Assembly: GCA_010093705.1 (NCBI GenBank)
Contig: MU006103.1
Location: 186,001 to 250,000 of the forward strand
DNA length: 64,000 bases
From: Patellaria atrata CBS 101060
Taxonomy: Eukaryota
Direction of reading: 5' to 3'
The notes under the pieces were generated by a model. It did no database searches and was not told the origin of the DNA. It saw only the letters and a list, made by a program, of their open reading frames with translations. A program made the position numbers and the translations under genes. Positions 36,417 through 48,142 of the stretch are shown one piece after another; the first letter of the stretch is position 1; each line of letters opens with the position of its first letter.

Positions 36417-39134
36417 CTAGTTTTGCGGCCACAAATATCTAATTGTTATTCCTATCACAACAGCCGCATACGTTACTGTAAAACCATTCAGATGCAGAAG
36501 CTTTTGTCTCGGCAGTGGTTCCCGTACCGAAGGATACTCGTCTCTCGGGCTCCCATGCGGTGAGCCTGGACTTAATTCTCGTATGATGCGTACTAGATGC
36601 GCATTATCATGTTTCGCGGCGAACTGGCGTAATTCTTCAGTTACCTGGGGTGTTAATGCCTGGTCACTTGTCGCAGAGCGGAGTAATAATTTGCAAGCGT
36701 CGATATGTTCCTTTTCGATTGCACAGTGAAGCGGCGTGTGACCCTTATTATCCCTCAACGAGTTCAAGGATTCTTGCGATACGTCATCCGTTATAGATCT
36801 ATTTAAGAGCAATTCTAGCATTTCCCCATCCCCGGCGCTGGCTGCGATGTGAATCAATGTTCGCCCGGAGGAGTCTGGCGTCCTGATGTAACGGCTTTCC
36901 TCCGGTTGCGCCAAGTCTAAGAGCTGGTTCATGGCTGTTAGAACAAGCTTCTCGGACCCGTCTGCTGGATACCGGCTCTCTGCTGTGGAGGCTGCTAGCT
37001 TGTGCAATGGTGATGCACCATCGCCATCCATTGCATCTAGTTTTAGTCCGTTGCCATCGATAAGTATGTTCAGGATACAGTTGTACGCAGCCTTCCGCTC
37101 AGGCGAACTGAATTGTTTAACAATACCAGCACAGAGTGAATGTAGTGGAACTCCATAACTTTCACAGTGTGCTGTACAGTCCGCTCCCGAATCGATGAGC
37201 AGCGACACGACATCTTGCTTCAACCCAAAACAAGCTCTATGGAGCGGTGTAACTCCCAATGGACCTCTACGGTTTACATCTGCGCCGTGAGATAATAGAA
37301 TTTTGACGGTCTCCAGAGCTAGAGGACCTTCTCCGGAGCAGGCCTCTTCCAGTATTGATTTATCATTCAAGAAGCAATCCGATTCCACGGGTGCACCCTT
37401 GAACAATAGCAGGTTAAATATTTGGGGTTTGTATATCGAAACCGTACTTAACGAGGAATTCCGAAATTTCATTGACCCGATATCGATTATACTAAACTCC
37501 GAATTTACTTTGGCACCCTGCCTCATTAGTCTATCCATAACCATAGCATGTCCGTACTCCGCGGCCAGTTCAATGGCAGATTTCCGGCATTCACTGGGTG
37601 TCAAGTTGATATCTACCCCATGTTGAATGAGAAGATTTACTATAGATAATAGTGCCTTATCATGTTCTGGGCCCCCCCTCGGTCTATCCATAGCAGCTAG
37701 GAGCACTGTTCCATACATCCCGTTCATGTTGTTAACGTCGCCGCTTCTGGCAATCAGTGCTCGCAGTATAAGCTCCCCTGAGACGTCATGTCTAGCGGCA
37801 GCGTGTAGTGCGGTGTCTAATTTGCCGCCTCCTATATCCACCATCGCGCCAGCATCAAGGAGGCGGAAGCAAGCTCTAGAAGACACGCCCAAGTTCGCTA
37901 CACGTCCAAGTGGTGTCCATCCGTGGTTTGTCACTGCGTCCACTTTGGCTCCATGCCGTAACAGTAAATCTATTATCTCTACATGATCATCGTCACTGGC
38001 ACTGAGAGTAGTACACGCGACATGAAGGGGAGTCTGTCCTAGTGAGTTACCGAGATTCGGATCGGCGCCGGCTTGTAGTAGCATGCGTACCGGTCCTGGT
38101 TGCTGAGATTGTACAGCGATCCCTAGAGGGGATAAGACCTCCCATTTCCAATCCTGTTCACCAGGAATTATGGCATTTCTGTCTTTCTGAGCATCGGTGC
38201 GTAGCAGTGCGTCAAATATCTCCTCATAGTCTTTTGCATCGCTTGCATATGTACAATATCTCGCCTGCGCTGCTAAGTACAGTGGAAACTGTTTCAAAGT
38301 GTCACGAAATCTGACGTTAGCGCCATTGGCCAACAGTAAGTGGAAGAGGTCTCGGTGTCCACTCTCACACGCATGCATCAGGGCAGTCGTATCATAAATA
38401 TCTCCAGGACCTTCATCGGATACTTTTATCTGGACTTCCGGTATTTTAAAATCCACTGGCCACTCCTCAAGTAAAAATCTTTGAGCTACGGATGTATACC
38501 CTCGACACGCAGCGTGCCTCCACAAGAGAATAGCTTCGTATGCCGTTGGCTCAAACCCGGCGTCCAGGAGCATTACCAACATATCCTCGGTAGATCCTTC
38601 AAACTCCATGGCCACCGTGAAGAAAGAAGGGTGATCGGAGGACGAGAGTTTCCAAGCGTACAAAATCCACGACAATATCGCTAGAACAGTATGGCCAATT
38701 AGGAGCGTTATTGCTATCCAAAAGTTTCTAGTCGCTGCCTGAGAACTAAAAATTATCCACGAAATAGGTGAGTATAGACCATATATGAAGCATGAGAGCC
38801 ACAAAATTTGACCTAAGGCGCAAATCATCTCAAGCGGGGCGAATGGTGGAAGTAGTAGCGACAAATGCAGACTTGTACCAGCGTCGAGGAGATACTGTAC
38901 GATTCTAGCCTCTCCATTCTGGAGTGCTATGTGTAGTGCTGTATATCCTCTTGCATCCCGGTAGTAGAGGTCAATCCCATGGGGGATGAGTTTATATACG
39001 AGATCGGAATCTCCACGGCTGCAGGCATCCAACAAAGACGTATCAATAATGAATGATTGAAAGAAACGCTTGGTGAGCCCGAAAATTGGAACCTTATCTC
39101 CAGGATAAGCATCGAAAAAATTCTCGGAGCGCAT
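36417..39134 (-). CDS. Ankyrin-repeat protein with internal and C-terminal hydrophobic segments (true start may be further upstream)
   Basis: 905-aa ORF with many ankyrin motifs (GYTALHIA, TTALMHAC, GQTPLHVAC, GWTPL, GVTPLHRAC, GHTPLHCA). Hydrophobic stretches at about aa 90-160 and at the C-terminus. Confidence 0.85.
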   Translation of the reverse strand: MRSENFFDAYPGDKVPIFGLTKRFFQSFIIDTSLLDACSRGDSDLVYKLIPHGIDLYYRDARGYTALHIALQNGEARIVQYLLDAGTSLHLSLLLPPFAPLEMICALGQILWLSCFIYGLYSPISWIIFSSQAATRNFWIAITLLIGHTVLAILSWILYAWKLSSSDHPSFFTVAMEFEGSTEDMLVMLLDAGFEPTAYEAILLWRHAACRGYTSVAQRFLLEEWPVDFKIPEVQIKVSDEGPGDIYDTTALMHACESGHRDLFHLLLANGANVRFRDTLKQFPLYLAAQARYCTYASDAKDYEEIFDALLRTDAQKDRNAIIPGEQDWKWEVLSPLGIAVQSQQPGPVRMLLQAGADPNLGNSLGQTPLHVACTTLSASDDDHVEIIDLLLRHGAKVDAVTNHGWTPLGRVANLGVSSRACFRLLDAGAMVDIGGGKLDTALHAAARHDVSGELILRALIARSGDVNNMNGMYGTVLLAAMDRPRGGPEHDKALLSIVNLLIQHGVDINLTPSECRKSAIELAAEYGHAMVMDRLMRQGAKVNSEFSIIDIGSMKFRNSSLSTVSIYKPQIFNLLLFKGAPVESDCFLNDKSILEEACSGEGPLALETVKILLSHGADVNRRGPLGVTPLHRACFGLKQDVVSLLIDSGADCTAHCESYGVPLHSLCAGIVKQFSSPERKAAYNCILNILIDGNGLKLDAMDGDGASPLHKLAASTAESRYPADGSEKLVLTAMNQLLDLAQPEESRYIRTPDSSGRTLIHIAASAGDGEMLELLLNRSITDDVSQESLNSLRDNKGHTPLHCAIEKEHIDACKLLLRSATSDQALTPQVTEELRQFAAKHDNAHLVRIIRELSPGSPHGSPRDEYPSVREPLPRQKLLHLNGFTVTYAAVVIGITIRYLWPQN

Positions 39135-39453
39135 ATCGTATGTATGACTGTTGATATGGTTATTATTTCTCTGTTTGCTGTACTACTGAGTTCTAAGGAC
39201 CGCACATACCACTACAAGGTACCTCTATTAGTATCCACCCAGCTTATTTCACTCTTCCACTGTTATAGTATTTCTCGCTTATTGTACGTTTGCTTTCGGG
39301 GTTGTTCCACCTCCCTGCATAGAGAAGTCGAAAAGGGACGAGTGGTCCGGGCTGACCCCCAAGCCGTACGTATCAATCAACTATGCAGACAAGCAAGGTG
39401 ATCGATACTGGGGAGTTACCAGTCAATCAACAGTTATTCGGAAGTGTACTGGT

Positions 39454-39859
39454 TGTAAAAGTGCGATTTATGCCGGGTTAGTGATAGAGTTACGTCAAAG
39501 GGTTAATCAATAAGGTGGTCTGTCATTATATAAACACTAGATAGAATCCGTAGTTATACGGGGAATCAAGCGACTACATTCAGTTACCCACAATCTCACA
39601 GGAGCGTCCTTAAGTATTCCTTCTTCATAGTCCCAATTTGGGTTGCTCAGTCCTACTCAGTGCTCAGCCTCTGAGCACCTCTGACCATTGAGCTTCTCTC
39701 TGCTTAGGGCTGCTCAGTGCTCAAGTACCTCTGATCACCCTTGATCACTGATCTTATCACGTGATCTTTCGAGCTGGTTGTTCCGTTCCGACAGAACACT
39801 TATCCTGTTCTATCTTGTTCCTCTGATGTCTAGTTCTCGCTTGTCCTGTGGCCGTAACA
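39454..39859 (-). mobile_element. Solo-LTR-like remnant A
   Basis: Bounded by TGT...ACA (minus strand starts TGTTACG). Shares a 30-bp block (39601-39630 vs 40116-40145, 27/30 identical), TCACGTGATCT and GCTCAG sub-repeats with remnant B. No target-site duplication found and the left boundary is approximate. Confidence 0.55.
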
Positions 39860-39917
39860 GGAGTCTCCTCCTTCTTCTCGCGAAAGAAGGGTTTGGTTTC
39901 CGCTTCGTGATAGAACT

Positions 39918-40653
39918 TGTAAAGGTTTGCACTTCAAGTTAACGATATAACTTGCTGTCCCCTTAACTCTCTCTCAAAGGCCTCACAATAGAGACAAGTA
40001 TCACTACACGAACACAGTGTAACAAAGGTGAGTTAAGTCAAAGTCCGTAACATCCAATCTTATAGTAAGATATGTTGGTAAGAAGAACTACGAAGAATCT
40101 AAATATATGTGCAAAGGAGCGCCCTTAAGTATTCCTCCTTTATAGCCCTATTTCCGCTGTGCTCAGTCTGCTCATGTTCGATAAACTGGATCTGCAGGTG
40201 CACTGAATATATCTCTTGATTCTCAAAAGAGTGGCTCTATCTAGCTGTTATATACTGCAGGTGTGTACTCAAAACGGACGGAACCGTATGAAATCTATGT
40301 CCTAGAAAACAGCAAATATGGATACCAACAGTAAGCACTAAAAGATAGTACTGTATCAGATTACCTACCCTGGTTACGCTGATACCACATAAGCGAGTAG
40401 CTCGTTAGCCCTGGTCGCCGCCGGTAGGACCAATACTCCAACAGGTCCACCATCTAACAGCCCAGCCTGCTCAGTGTTTTCTAAATACTGGCGACACTGA
40501 TCACCCTGGTGGTGCTTAGTCTGCTCAGTCTTCTTGGCATACGCCAAGCCCTGACCACCCTGATCAACTTTCCTGGTCACGTGATCTATGTTCCTACTTC
40601 CTTTCCGGTGTTCTCCCGTCGTGCCTCCGTTGGTTACTTGTCTGTTCGTAACA
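39918..40653 (-). mobile_element. Solo-LTR-like remnant B (possibly with an internal insertion)
   Basis: TGTAAAG...CGTAACA ends; minus-strand TATA CTATAAAGGAGG; blocks shared with remnant A in the same order. Confidence 0.55.
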
Positions 40654-40702
40654 TTAATCTTCCATAACAAAATTTATAGAGTCCTACCTAAAATCAAAAG
40701 AG

Positions 40703-41977
40703 ATGGTGGATTATCAAATGGGAGCGGTCATGTTTGCCATCTGTTCGCTGCCTTTTATCATATCACCAGTCGCAAATAGCTTCCTGATACGCACGTTAAG
40801 AGCGATCCTAAGATTTTTCAAACTCAATAGTACTTACTGTCGTACTATGTGCTGGAAAGATCTTACTTCTGGACATCTCCACATCTACCGGAACGCATAC
40901 TACGTACAAAGCCGTACGAATATCAGCAGCCAAAGTAAGGCCCACATGTCATCAAAGGAGTGCTACGATTCTATCTTTACAAATGTTTTGAGCAGAGCTT
41001 GGCCGAGGTCTAAAGAGAGAAAAGTGGTGAAACCCCCGGAACTAAGTCTAGGGAACAACTATCTGCTTACTGATGGAGACACCCTACTCACGTTCATTGC
41101 TCTGACGGCTTCAGGGCACAGGTCATTTTCATCTAGCATTCAAGGAGGATTCGGTGAAGCGACTTTCACATTCCGTCTAGGAAGCGGCCACGCTCGTTTT
41201 CAGCGCTTCAATTCCAATTCTCTAGGGGAACCTTTCCTTGTTGGCCACTTGAACTATTCCGTTTCAGACTTGATGGAACCGATAGTCGTGACCCAGGCCG
41301 CAAATCTTACGAAAGCCGATGTGCTTAGGATCGTAAATGGTTATCCACCATTCTACAAGGAAACTTTCATCACCCATTCGGGAGTTCCAGTTGACTATCC
41401 AATCAAAGACCCTCGTGATATCCAACGAGCGGGGTGGCTGATCGCAGTCGGCCTAGATGTTCGTGAGCCTCTCAATGTGTACAACGAACATAGTGACAAG
41501 GCGTATCGAGAAGCTTGCAACAGAGTATTGAAAACTGTGACCCACGTATTCCAGCCATCATTCAGCAAGGATTCCGATGCTGGGAAGCTCTGCCAGCTAG
41601 CCTCTTCAGCCATTTATTGGATGAACAGCAATCGCAGTGGAAGCGGCGTTCCGAAGTTCCTCCAAGATTCGCCTCTGGTAGGATGTGACGGAGCAGGAGT
41701 GGCAAGATACACACGCCATCTTAGAAGGGAGGAGTGCCGCTTCGCTATAAATATATTTTGGAAATACAGCTTTGTCCCACTCACCGATCTGGAAAGGGAT
41801 AGACTTGAGAAAATCCTTCCAGCCGTTCTTGCGGCTGCAATTTGTGGAGTGTACCGCTGGTGGCAATATAAGAATAACACCGGGGGCCATCTCCCTTCTT
41901 GGTTACTAGCGGATAGTATAAGGTTATCTCCAATTTGGTTGAGAGACTGCTGCGAAGATATGAACAATAATATGTGA
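40703..41977 (+). CDS. Hypothetical protein, 424 aa, intronless, hydrophobic N-terminus
   Basis: Long uninterrupted ORF with globular-protein composition; no family recognised. Confidence 0.7.
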   Translation: MVDYQMGAVMFAICSLPFIISPVANSFLIRTLRAILRFFKLNSTYCRTMCWKDLTSGHLHIYRNAYYVQSRTNISSQSKAHMSSKECYDSIFTNVLSRAWPRSKERKVVKPPELSLGNNYLLTDGDTLLTFIALTASGHRSFSSSIQGGFGEATFTFRLGSGHARFQRFNSNSLGEPFLVGHLNYSVSDLMEPIVVTQAANLTKADVLRIVNGYPPFYKETFITHSGVPVDYPIKDPRDIQRAGWLIAVGLDVREPLNVYNEHSDKAYREACNRVLKTVTHVFQPSFSKDSDAGKLCQLASSAIYWMNSNRSGSGVPKFLQDSPLVGCDGAGVARYTRHLRREECRFAINIFWKYSFVPLTDLERDRLEKILPAVLAAAICGVYRWWQYKNNTGGHLPSWLLADSIRLSPIWLRDCCEDMNNNM

Positions 41978-43235
41978 TAGCAATTCCATCAACTGTAGGA
42001 TTAGAGCCATTAGACGGTGATGAAGTCTTCGATGCGAAGCCATCGTGTGAAGATGTGAAAAAAGTATTCCAGCATACATTACATACAAGACGAAAGATAA
42101 TCTGTAGACAAATCTTTATCAAGTCGCTCTAGGCACGGTGTGGCAGGAACAAATATCTAAAGGAATGAGCAATAGGTGTCAATCGCATGTTGTCTATATT
42201 CGTATAGTGACACCTTTGACCTCAAGAGAGTGCTGACCATCTCAATATGCGGCACTCTTGGTCTCGTCTAGAGTCTCTTCTGAGTGATTTCTGGTTATCG
42301 ACTTGAACTGTTGAAAGAAATGAAGGGTTAGAGCGGAACTAGCGCGGTTAGTTAGTTTTTCTACGGTTAAGCCCAATAGGCCCTAGGGATCTAATCTTAT
42401 TCAATCGACTTTCCCGCCTTTTCCATCACACATTCCTTTGAAGTATGCTCTTCATTCTCTTCTGTCCTAGAAATGACTTGCAAGGTTAGGTTCCCAGTGA
42501 TGTGAAGGACCTATAGGAAGAAAGGAGTCATGGAACTAATGCGAGCTACCATAGAGATATGCAGGCGGAAATATTTCACTGATCCAGAGAGACGAGGAAC
42601 AGCATTCTCCAATCCGCAGGAGGAAGGATTGTGGGTCAGAGCCATCGAAAAGTAGGTCCGTTGTTTATCTTAGAGTTTCATTCGCTGAAAGGGTCTATCA
42701 TACAGTCTTCCTAGAAAACCATACTTATGTCCACTGTGAATTCGAACATAGCAGTGACCCTTCGAAACGTTCATTAGGAGTTAACCTCTGCGATATCAAT
42801 TGCTACACTTCTATTGGAGGGAACACCAACCGATCTAAGAAAAAAAAATGCGAGGGAGATGAGAATAATTTCTTTTCACACTTGGATATATTATGAAGGC
42901 AATGGCCTTAAAAACCCCCCGTCCCCCTCCAAAATCAACTACATATGGTTCCGTTTAAAGCTCTCAAGACACAGGTTATGTGTTAAACAGATTCATAGTG
43001 TGCGGTGGTGGGTACAGATGACCCAGTTCTTAAAGCCTATCTTAGGCAAGGCGTAGAAGTACAGAGCGCCACTCTTGGCATGTAACGGATCGTCGACAAG
43101 TCTATTGCGGCACAGTCTTCTTATAGAGGTAGTGTCCGCATTGCTCGACTAGTGTGATTTCACTAATACAACTCTTGTTAAGAACAATTGAACCAGAGTC
43201 TAAGGGGTTAATTGCAAGTTCAACACCTTGTGAAT

Positions 43236-46200
43236 ATGAGAAAGCTCTTCAAAAGAGCGCTCTCCCGCTCACGCGCTTCTAGTAGTGAGGAATCGGCTTC
43301 TCCAAATGGTATATTCATCATTTTATTTATAATCCAGAGATTTTCTTGAAGATTGATAGCCAATTTAGTTCAAGTTAACCGACCGCGGAAAGGTCAGCAC
43401 GGCTTGGTCTTGCTTAATGATTACTCTGCGGACACCCAGTCTAGTGATAAAATTTACACTGTTGATATAGTAGCTATTCACGGCCTCAACGGTGACAGTC
43501 ATAAAACGTGGACGCATCCGAACGGCATGTTTTGGCTCCAGGATCTGCTTCCCCAGACTTTACCAGGTGCAGCAATCTTTTCATATGGGTATCCATCTGA
43601 AGTATTCTTCAGTCGCTCTGTGGCCACTATCGAAGATTTCGCACTCCATCTTTTGAATGACCTTACCGTTATTTCGTCCAAAGAAGTAAGTAATTCACCG
43701 GCCAGAATTTGTCCTGACGTCAGCTTATGAATTAAGAGCACTTTACGCCCCATTATCTATATCTGTCACAGTCTTGGTGGTATTGTGTTCAAACAGGTAA
43801 GGGCAGCAACTAAACATCTTAGCATCGGACTTATACTAGCAGGCCATGAATGTCGCCTATGACCGATATCCTAAGATTTGGGAACGTAGTAAGGGCGTGC
43901 TGTTCTTTGGCACTCCTCACTTGGGAAGTTCCACGGCTCCAACTGCAGAGTTACTTGGGAATATCATGAACGCTGCTTGGTCTATATCTGGTGCATACCT
44001 GAACCGAGGAGGTATTAGGACACCATTAATAAAAGATCTGCGTCTGAATTCGCCTCGGCTCAAATGTATAGCTGACACTTTTGCCCAGAGGGCCGACCAT
44101 TTCATGATAGAGTCTTTCTATGAGACAGAAATCACGAGCCCAATAGGGAAGGTGGTAAGCATCACTGTTCTGACCCACTGTCACTGTTGTCATACCTCCC
44201 CACGGACCCTCGAGTGTTAACATTTTCGTAGGTAGTGGATAAGAGATCGGCCGTAATAGGTATGAGACATGAGAAGGCTAGTCCTCTATGGGGTGACCAC
44301 CGGGAAATATGCCGCATCAAGGGCAAGGATGAAAGCAACTATAAGCAGATCTCTACCTCATTAAAGGAGATGGCAGAGGTCGCTATAAAGGAGTTGGTGG
44401 ATTTCAATGCTACCGCAACCAGCATACTGTCTAGACAATGTAAGCATCCGCCAAGGGACCGTGGACCTTATTGACAGCATATTAGCACTTGATTCTACTG
44501 ATAAGATGTGTGTAGAACTGCTCAGCTCCACTGACGTCTCAGGGTTTCAAACCAGTCTCGATGGACGGATCGAAGGAACTTTGACCTGGGTTTTACAGAG
44601 TCCCAAATGCACAGCTTGGCTTTGGCAAAGAGAAAAGAGACTCCTTTGGGTGACTGGCTATGCGGGATGCGGGAAAACCATGCTCTCCTCTTATATGGTC
44701 GGTTACCTATCGGAGATCTTACCGCAAAAGTCTCTTATCTGTCGATTTTTCTGCTCTGGCAAGGCGGAAGAGCAACAAGATCCCAATGTGCTCGTCCGGG
44801 CATTAATACACCAGATGGTTGTCCAACGCCCAAGATTGTTGAAGATTATCCGAAAAGCGTCTGAGTTACAGGGACGTAGGATCTTTAGGCAATTTGACAC
44901 ACTCTGGGATCTATTCGTCGATATTGTGCGCCAGGAGAATATTCCTTCCATCAATATTGTCATCGATGCGATTGATGAATGCGATGAGGCGACACAGGTC
45001 TTACTTGTCGGACGCATCGCAAGATTCCTCAAGTTGGAACCTGGCTTATGTATCAAGTTCTTTATCACTAGCCGGCCGACAGCTCGCGCTGTCCAAGTCA
45101 TCGAGGAAAGTGCGGTCGACTTGATCCGTTTGAAGTTCGAAGATAGCCAAGATCTCATTGCCAGAGATATTAACCTAGTGGTGAAACAGCGCGTAGAATT
45201 ACTTGTCAAACGAGGTGGTTGCCCCTTGAACTTCCGACCTCAGCTCGAAGAGTTACTAGTCTCTAAGGCTGAGAACACTTTCCTATGGGTGTCACTGGTC
45301 CTATCCTCATTTGAGAAACGACGAGTTTTAACACCTTCTGATCTCCAGAACCTCGGTCAGCTACCATCCGACCTTCAGAGTTTGTACAAGAGCTTTCTGC
45401 AAGCAATCCCTAAGGGCGATCGTAAACTTGCCTCAGATATTCTTCACATAATCATTGTAAGCGCTAGGCCTTTGAATGCTTGGGAGATCTGCATTATGCT
45501 CAATGAAGGCTCGCTGGATTCACTGGAATTGAAGACAGCGGGACCCCATATGACGACTGAGTCCATAAAAATATTGCTTAATCCACTAGTCCAGGTGAGA
45601 GATTCACAAATACTACTTATCCACCACTCTATCAAAGAGTTTCTTCTTAACATGAAGGATGACCCGCAAGACACGTTATCACATCAATTCCATGTGGATT
45701 TTACTCGTCAGTCTGCACTTATAACGCGCTCTTGTATTTATTACCTCCTCGGAGATGCTTTCGTTTGTGATCTGTTCGGTACCCAACCTTCAACTTGCGA
45801 ACAGTCTCCAATACTACCAATTCAGGGGGCTTCTGCAGATGCTTCGCCAGTATCCGATTCTATCCTCGATCCTTTCGAGCTTCAAGACATCGCAATGTTT
45901 AAAGAAGAAGCTGTCATCCGTACTGACAAGTGTACTGATATCGCGGAAAGATTTAACCTTTTTGATTATGCGGCACGGTATTGGACGTCGCATTTCTCTC
46001 ATAGTGAAAATCATGCAGATACGGATCTCTGTGGACTTGCCATCCAGCTATGTGAGTCCTCCAGTTTTCGGCTCAACAACTGGTTTCAATACCTCCAGAT
46101 TAAAGCCGATGTGCATGAAGAATACCCGAAAGTGCTGGATCCATTGATAGTGGCATGCTTTTTCGGGCTCTCAAATATTGTGGAGTACCTGCTGGAAACC

Positions 46201-47418
46201 ACACTGGATAATCTAGATTACGGACTAGCCTTATTCTGGGCAGCACGACGAGGATACCTGAAGTGCTTAGAGCCCCTATCATGGAAGCCCATCTCCGACG
46301 ATCAGACATGCTACTATATGGATCAGTCACCTCTTATGGCTGCAGCGCAGAATGGACACTTGAGTTGTGCACGATTCCTTTTGGAAAGAGGATTGTTTGA
46401 TCCTAACGAAGCTGATAACAGAGGACGGACAGCTTTATCCCATGCAGCCGGGAACGGCCACACAGAAACCGTCACTTTGTTGCTGTCAGAAGAGAAATTG
46501 CAACCGGATATACCAGACAGTAATGGTTGGACCCCTTTGTCATGGGCGATAGCGAGTAACTCTGTCACAAGTGTGCGTCAACTTCTTGGTGACAATCGCG
46601 TGCAGCCAACGATACTGGATCGAAGCAACCGCAACGTGATCTCCTGGGCCGCAGAGGAAGGCCACATCGCCATCTGCAAGGCTCTTTTGAAAGACGGAAG
46701 GATAGATGCAAATATTCAAGATACCCGGGGCTGGACACCCTTGATCTACGCAATAGCAAACGGACATACGGAGGTTGTCCAGCTCTTGATTCGCGCTTCA
46801 GGGATAGACTTCTCGGTCACTGACAGCGCTGGAAGGAATATCATATCCTGGGCAGCTGAAAGCTCCGATGTCATTCTCGCTACTCTTCTGAAGCGATACC
46901 CCGGCGGTGCCGACGTCGCAGACGGCAATGGCTGGACGCCGCTTGCTTGGGCACTAAATACGCCGGGATATCCGAAGAATGTAGCATTGCTTCTTCGGTC
47001 GGGGCTTGTGGATGTAAACCACAAAGATCATTCGGGCCGTTCGCCATTAGCTACTGCGGTCTCCTATGGTTATTTTGGGATTACGCAGTTGTTGCTTCGT
47101 GCAAAGGGTACTGATGTGAATCTGAAAGATGCCAAGGGCTGGACTGCCCTGTCCTACGCCGCGCTCAATTCAAGCTATGAGATTACTAAATCGCTTTTGG
47201 ACACACCAGGGGTAAATGTAAATGCTACTGACAATAGAGGTCGTACACCGCTTTCTTTAGCAGCTGGAGTAGGACGGATGGACATATTCCTATTACTTTT
47301 AGAGACTGAAGGCGTAGATAGCGAAATAATTGATGAAGAAGGGCATACTGCGTTGTGGTACGCACGACGGTACGAGCAGGGCTTGAGTGGACACGCCTTA
47401 GAGCATGTTCTCTCCTAG
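43236..47418 (+). CDS. Fungal NLR-like STAND protein: SesB-like alpha/beta-hydrolase, NACHT and ankyrin repeats, 6 exons
   Basis: Five GT..AG introns join ATG 43236 to VDIVAIHGLNG, WLQDLLP, IFSYGY, ICHSLGGIVFKQA, FFGTPHLGS and DHREICR. Then Walker A GYAGCGKT, Walker B IVIDAIDEC, FITSRP, FLWVSLV, IHHSIKEFL and about 10 ankyrin repeats. Confidence 0.92.
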
Positions 47419-47954
47419 TCAACATTTCTAATTCGTATATTATCCCGTACATACTAGCGATGCTTAGTTCTGTTATTAGCACTACGCCATCACTTACCAT
47501 ACAGGTTTCTGGTCTCCTCTTTGCTTGTTAATTCAATAAATCTTTAATGTCGGTATATGCGTTTATTAGGTTTTATCTATTATCTATCAAGTAATGTGTA
47601 CATGGTGTAGACTGTACAGTATAGTTCATCCATTGCCTGGTTGGAGAACTTCTATATCTATCATCTCTATCCCGTGCCCTTCACCAGCAGCTTCTAAGTT
47701 TCCTCCTTAAGGGGGAAAACTTCAGATTTCTCCTCGCTCTCATCGCCGCCGTCGCCATCGTTGCCGTCTTCCTACAGTGAACGGCTAGTGAACGGAGCTG
47801 TTGGTTAACAGAGTAGAGTTAAGATTAGTAATCCGTATACGAATAAGTCACATAACTGATTGTATAATCAAATGACGTGATCGATTAGTCGGCTGCATGG
47901 GGACCGGTGAAATAGAAACTAAGCCAGCTCAAGTTTACTTAAGAAGAATCTTAA

Positions 47955-48098
47955 GGGGTATCGTGGATCGTGGATTTACTGTATTTTTTTACCATTCGAA
48001 TCCATATCCATCCACGATTAGCAATTTTCAAATCCACGATAAATCGGAGCTCAAAATTCAGTTCAATCCACAAAATTTTCAGTCCACCAACATCACTG
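47955..48098. mobile_element. Possible MITE / DNA-transposon end remnant
   Basis: ATCGTGGATTT (47967-47977) is the exact inverted repeat of AAATCCACGAT (48030-48040); several more ATCCA(C) units are clustered in about 140 bp. Confidence 0.35.
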
Positions 48099-48142
48099 AT
48101 CTAGTATTCTCACTAAGGTAACACCATCTTCCTCCCCTCCCT

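Noticed and set aside
40703..43310. Amyloid signalling motifs linking the orphan gene and the NLR
   Set aside because: No N/Q/G-rich pseudo-repeat at the NLR N-terminus or the orphan C-terminus, and the NLR carries its own effector domain.
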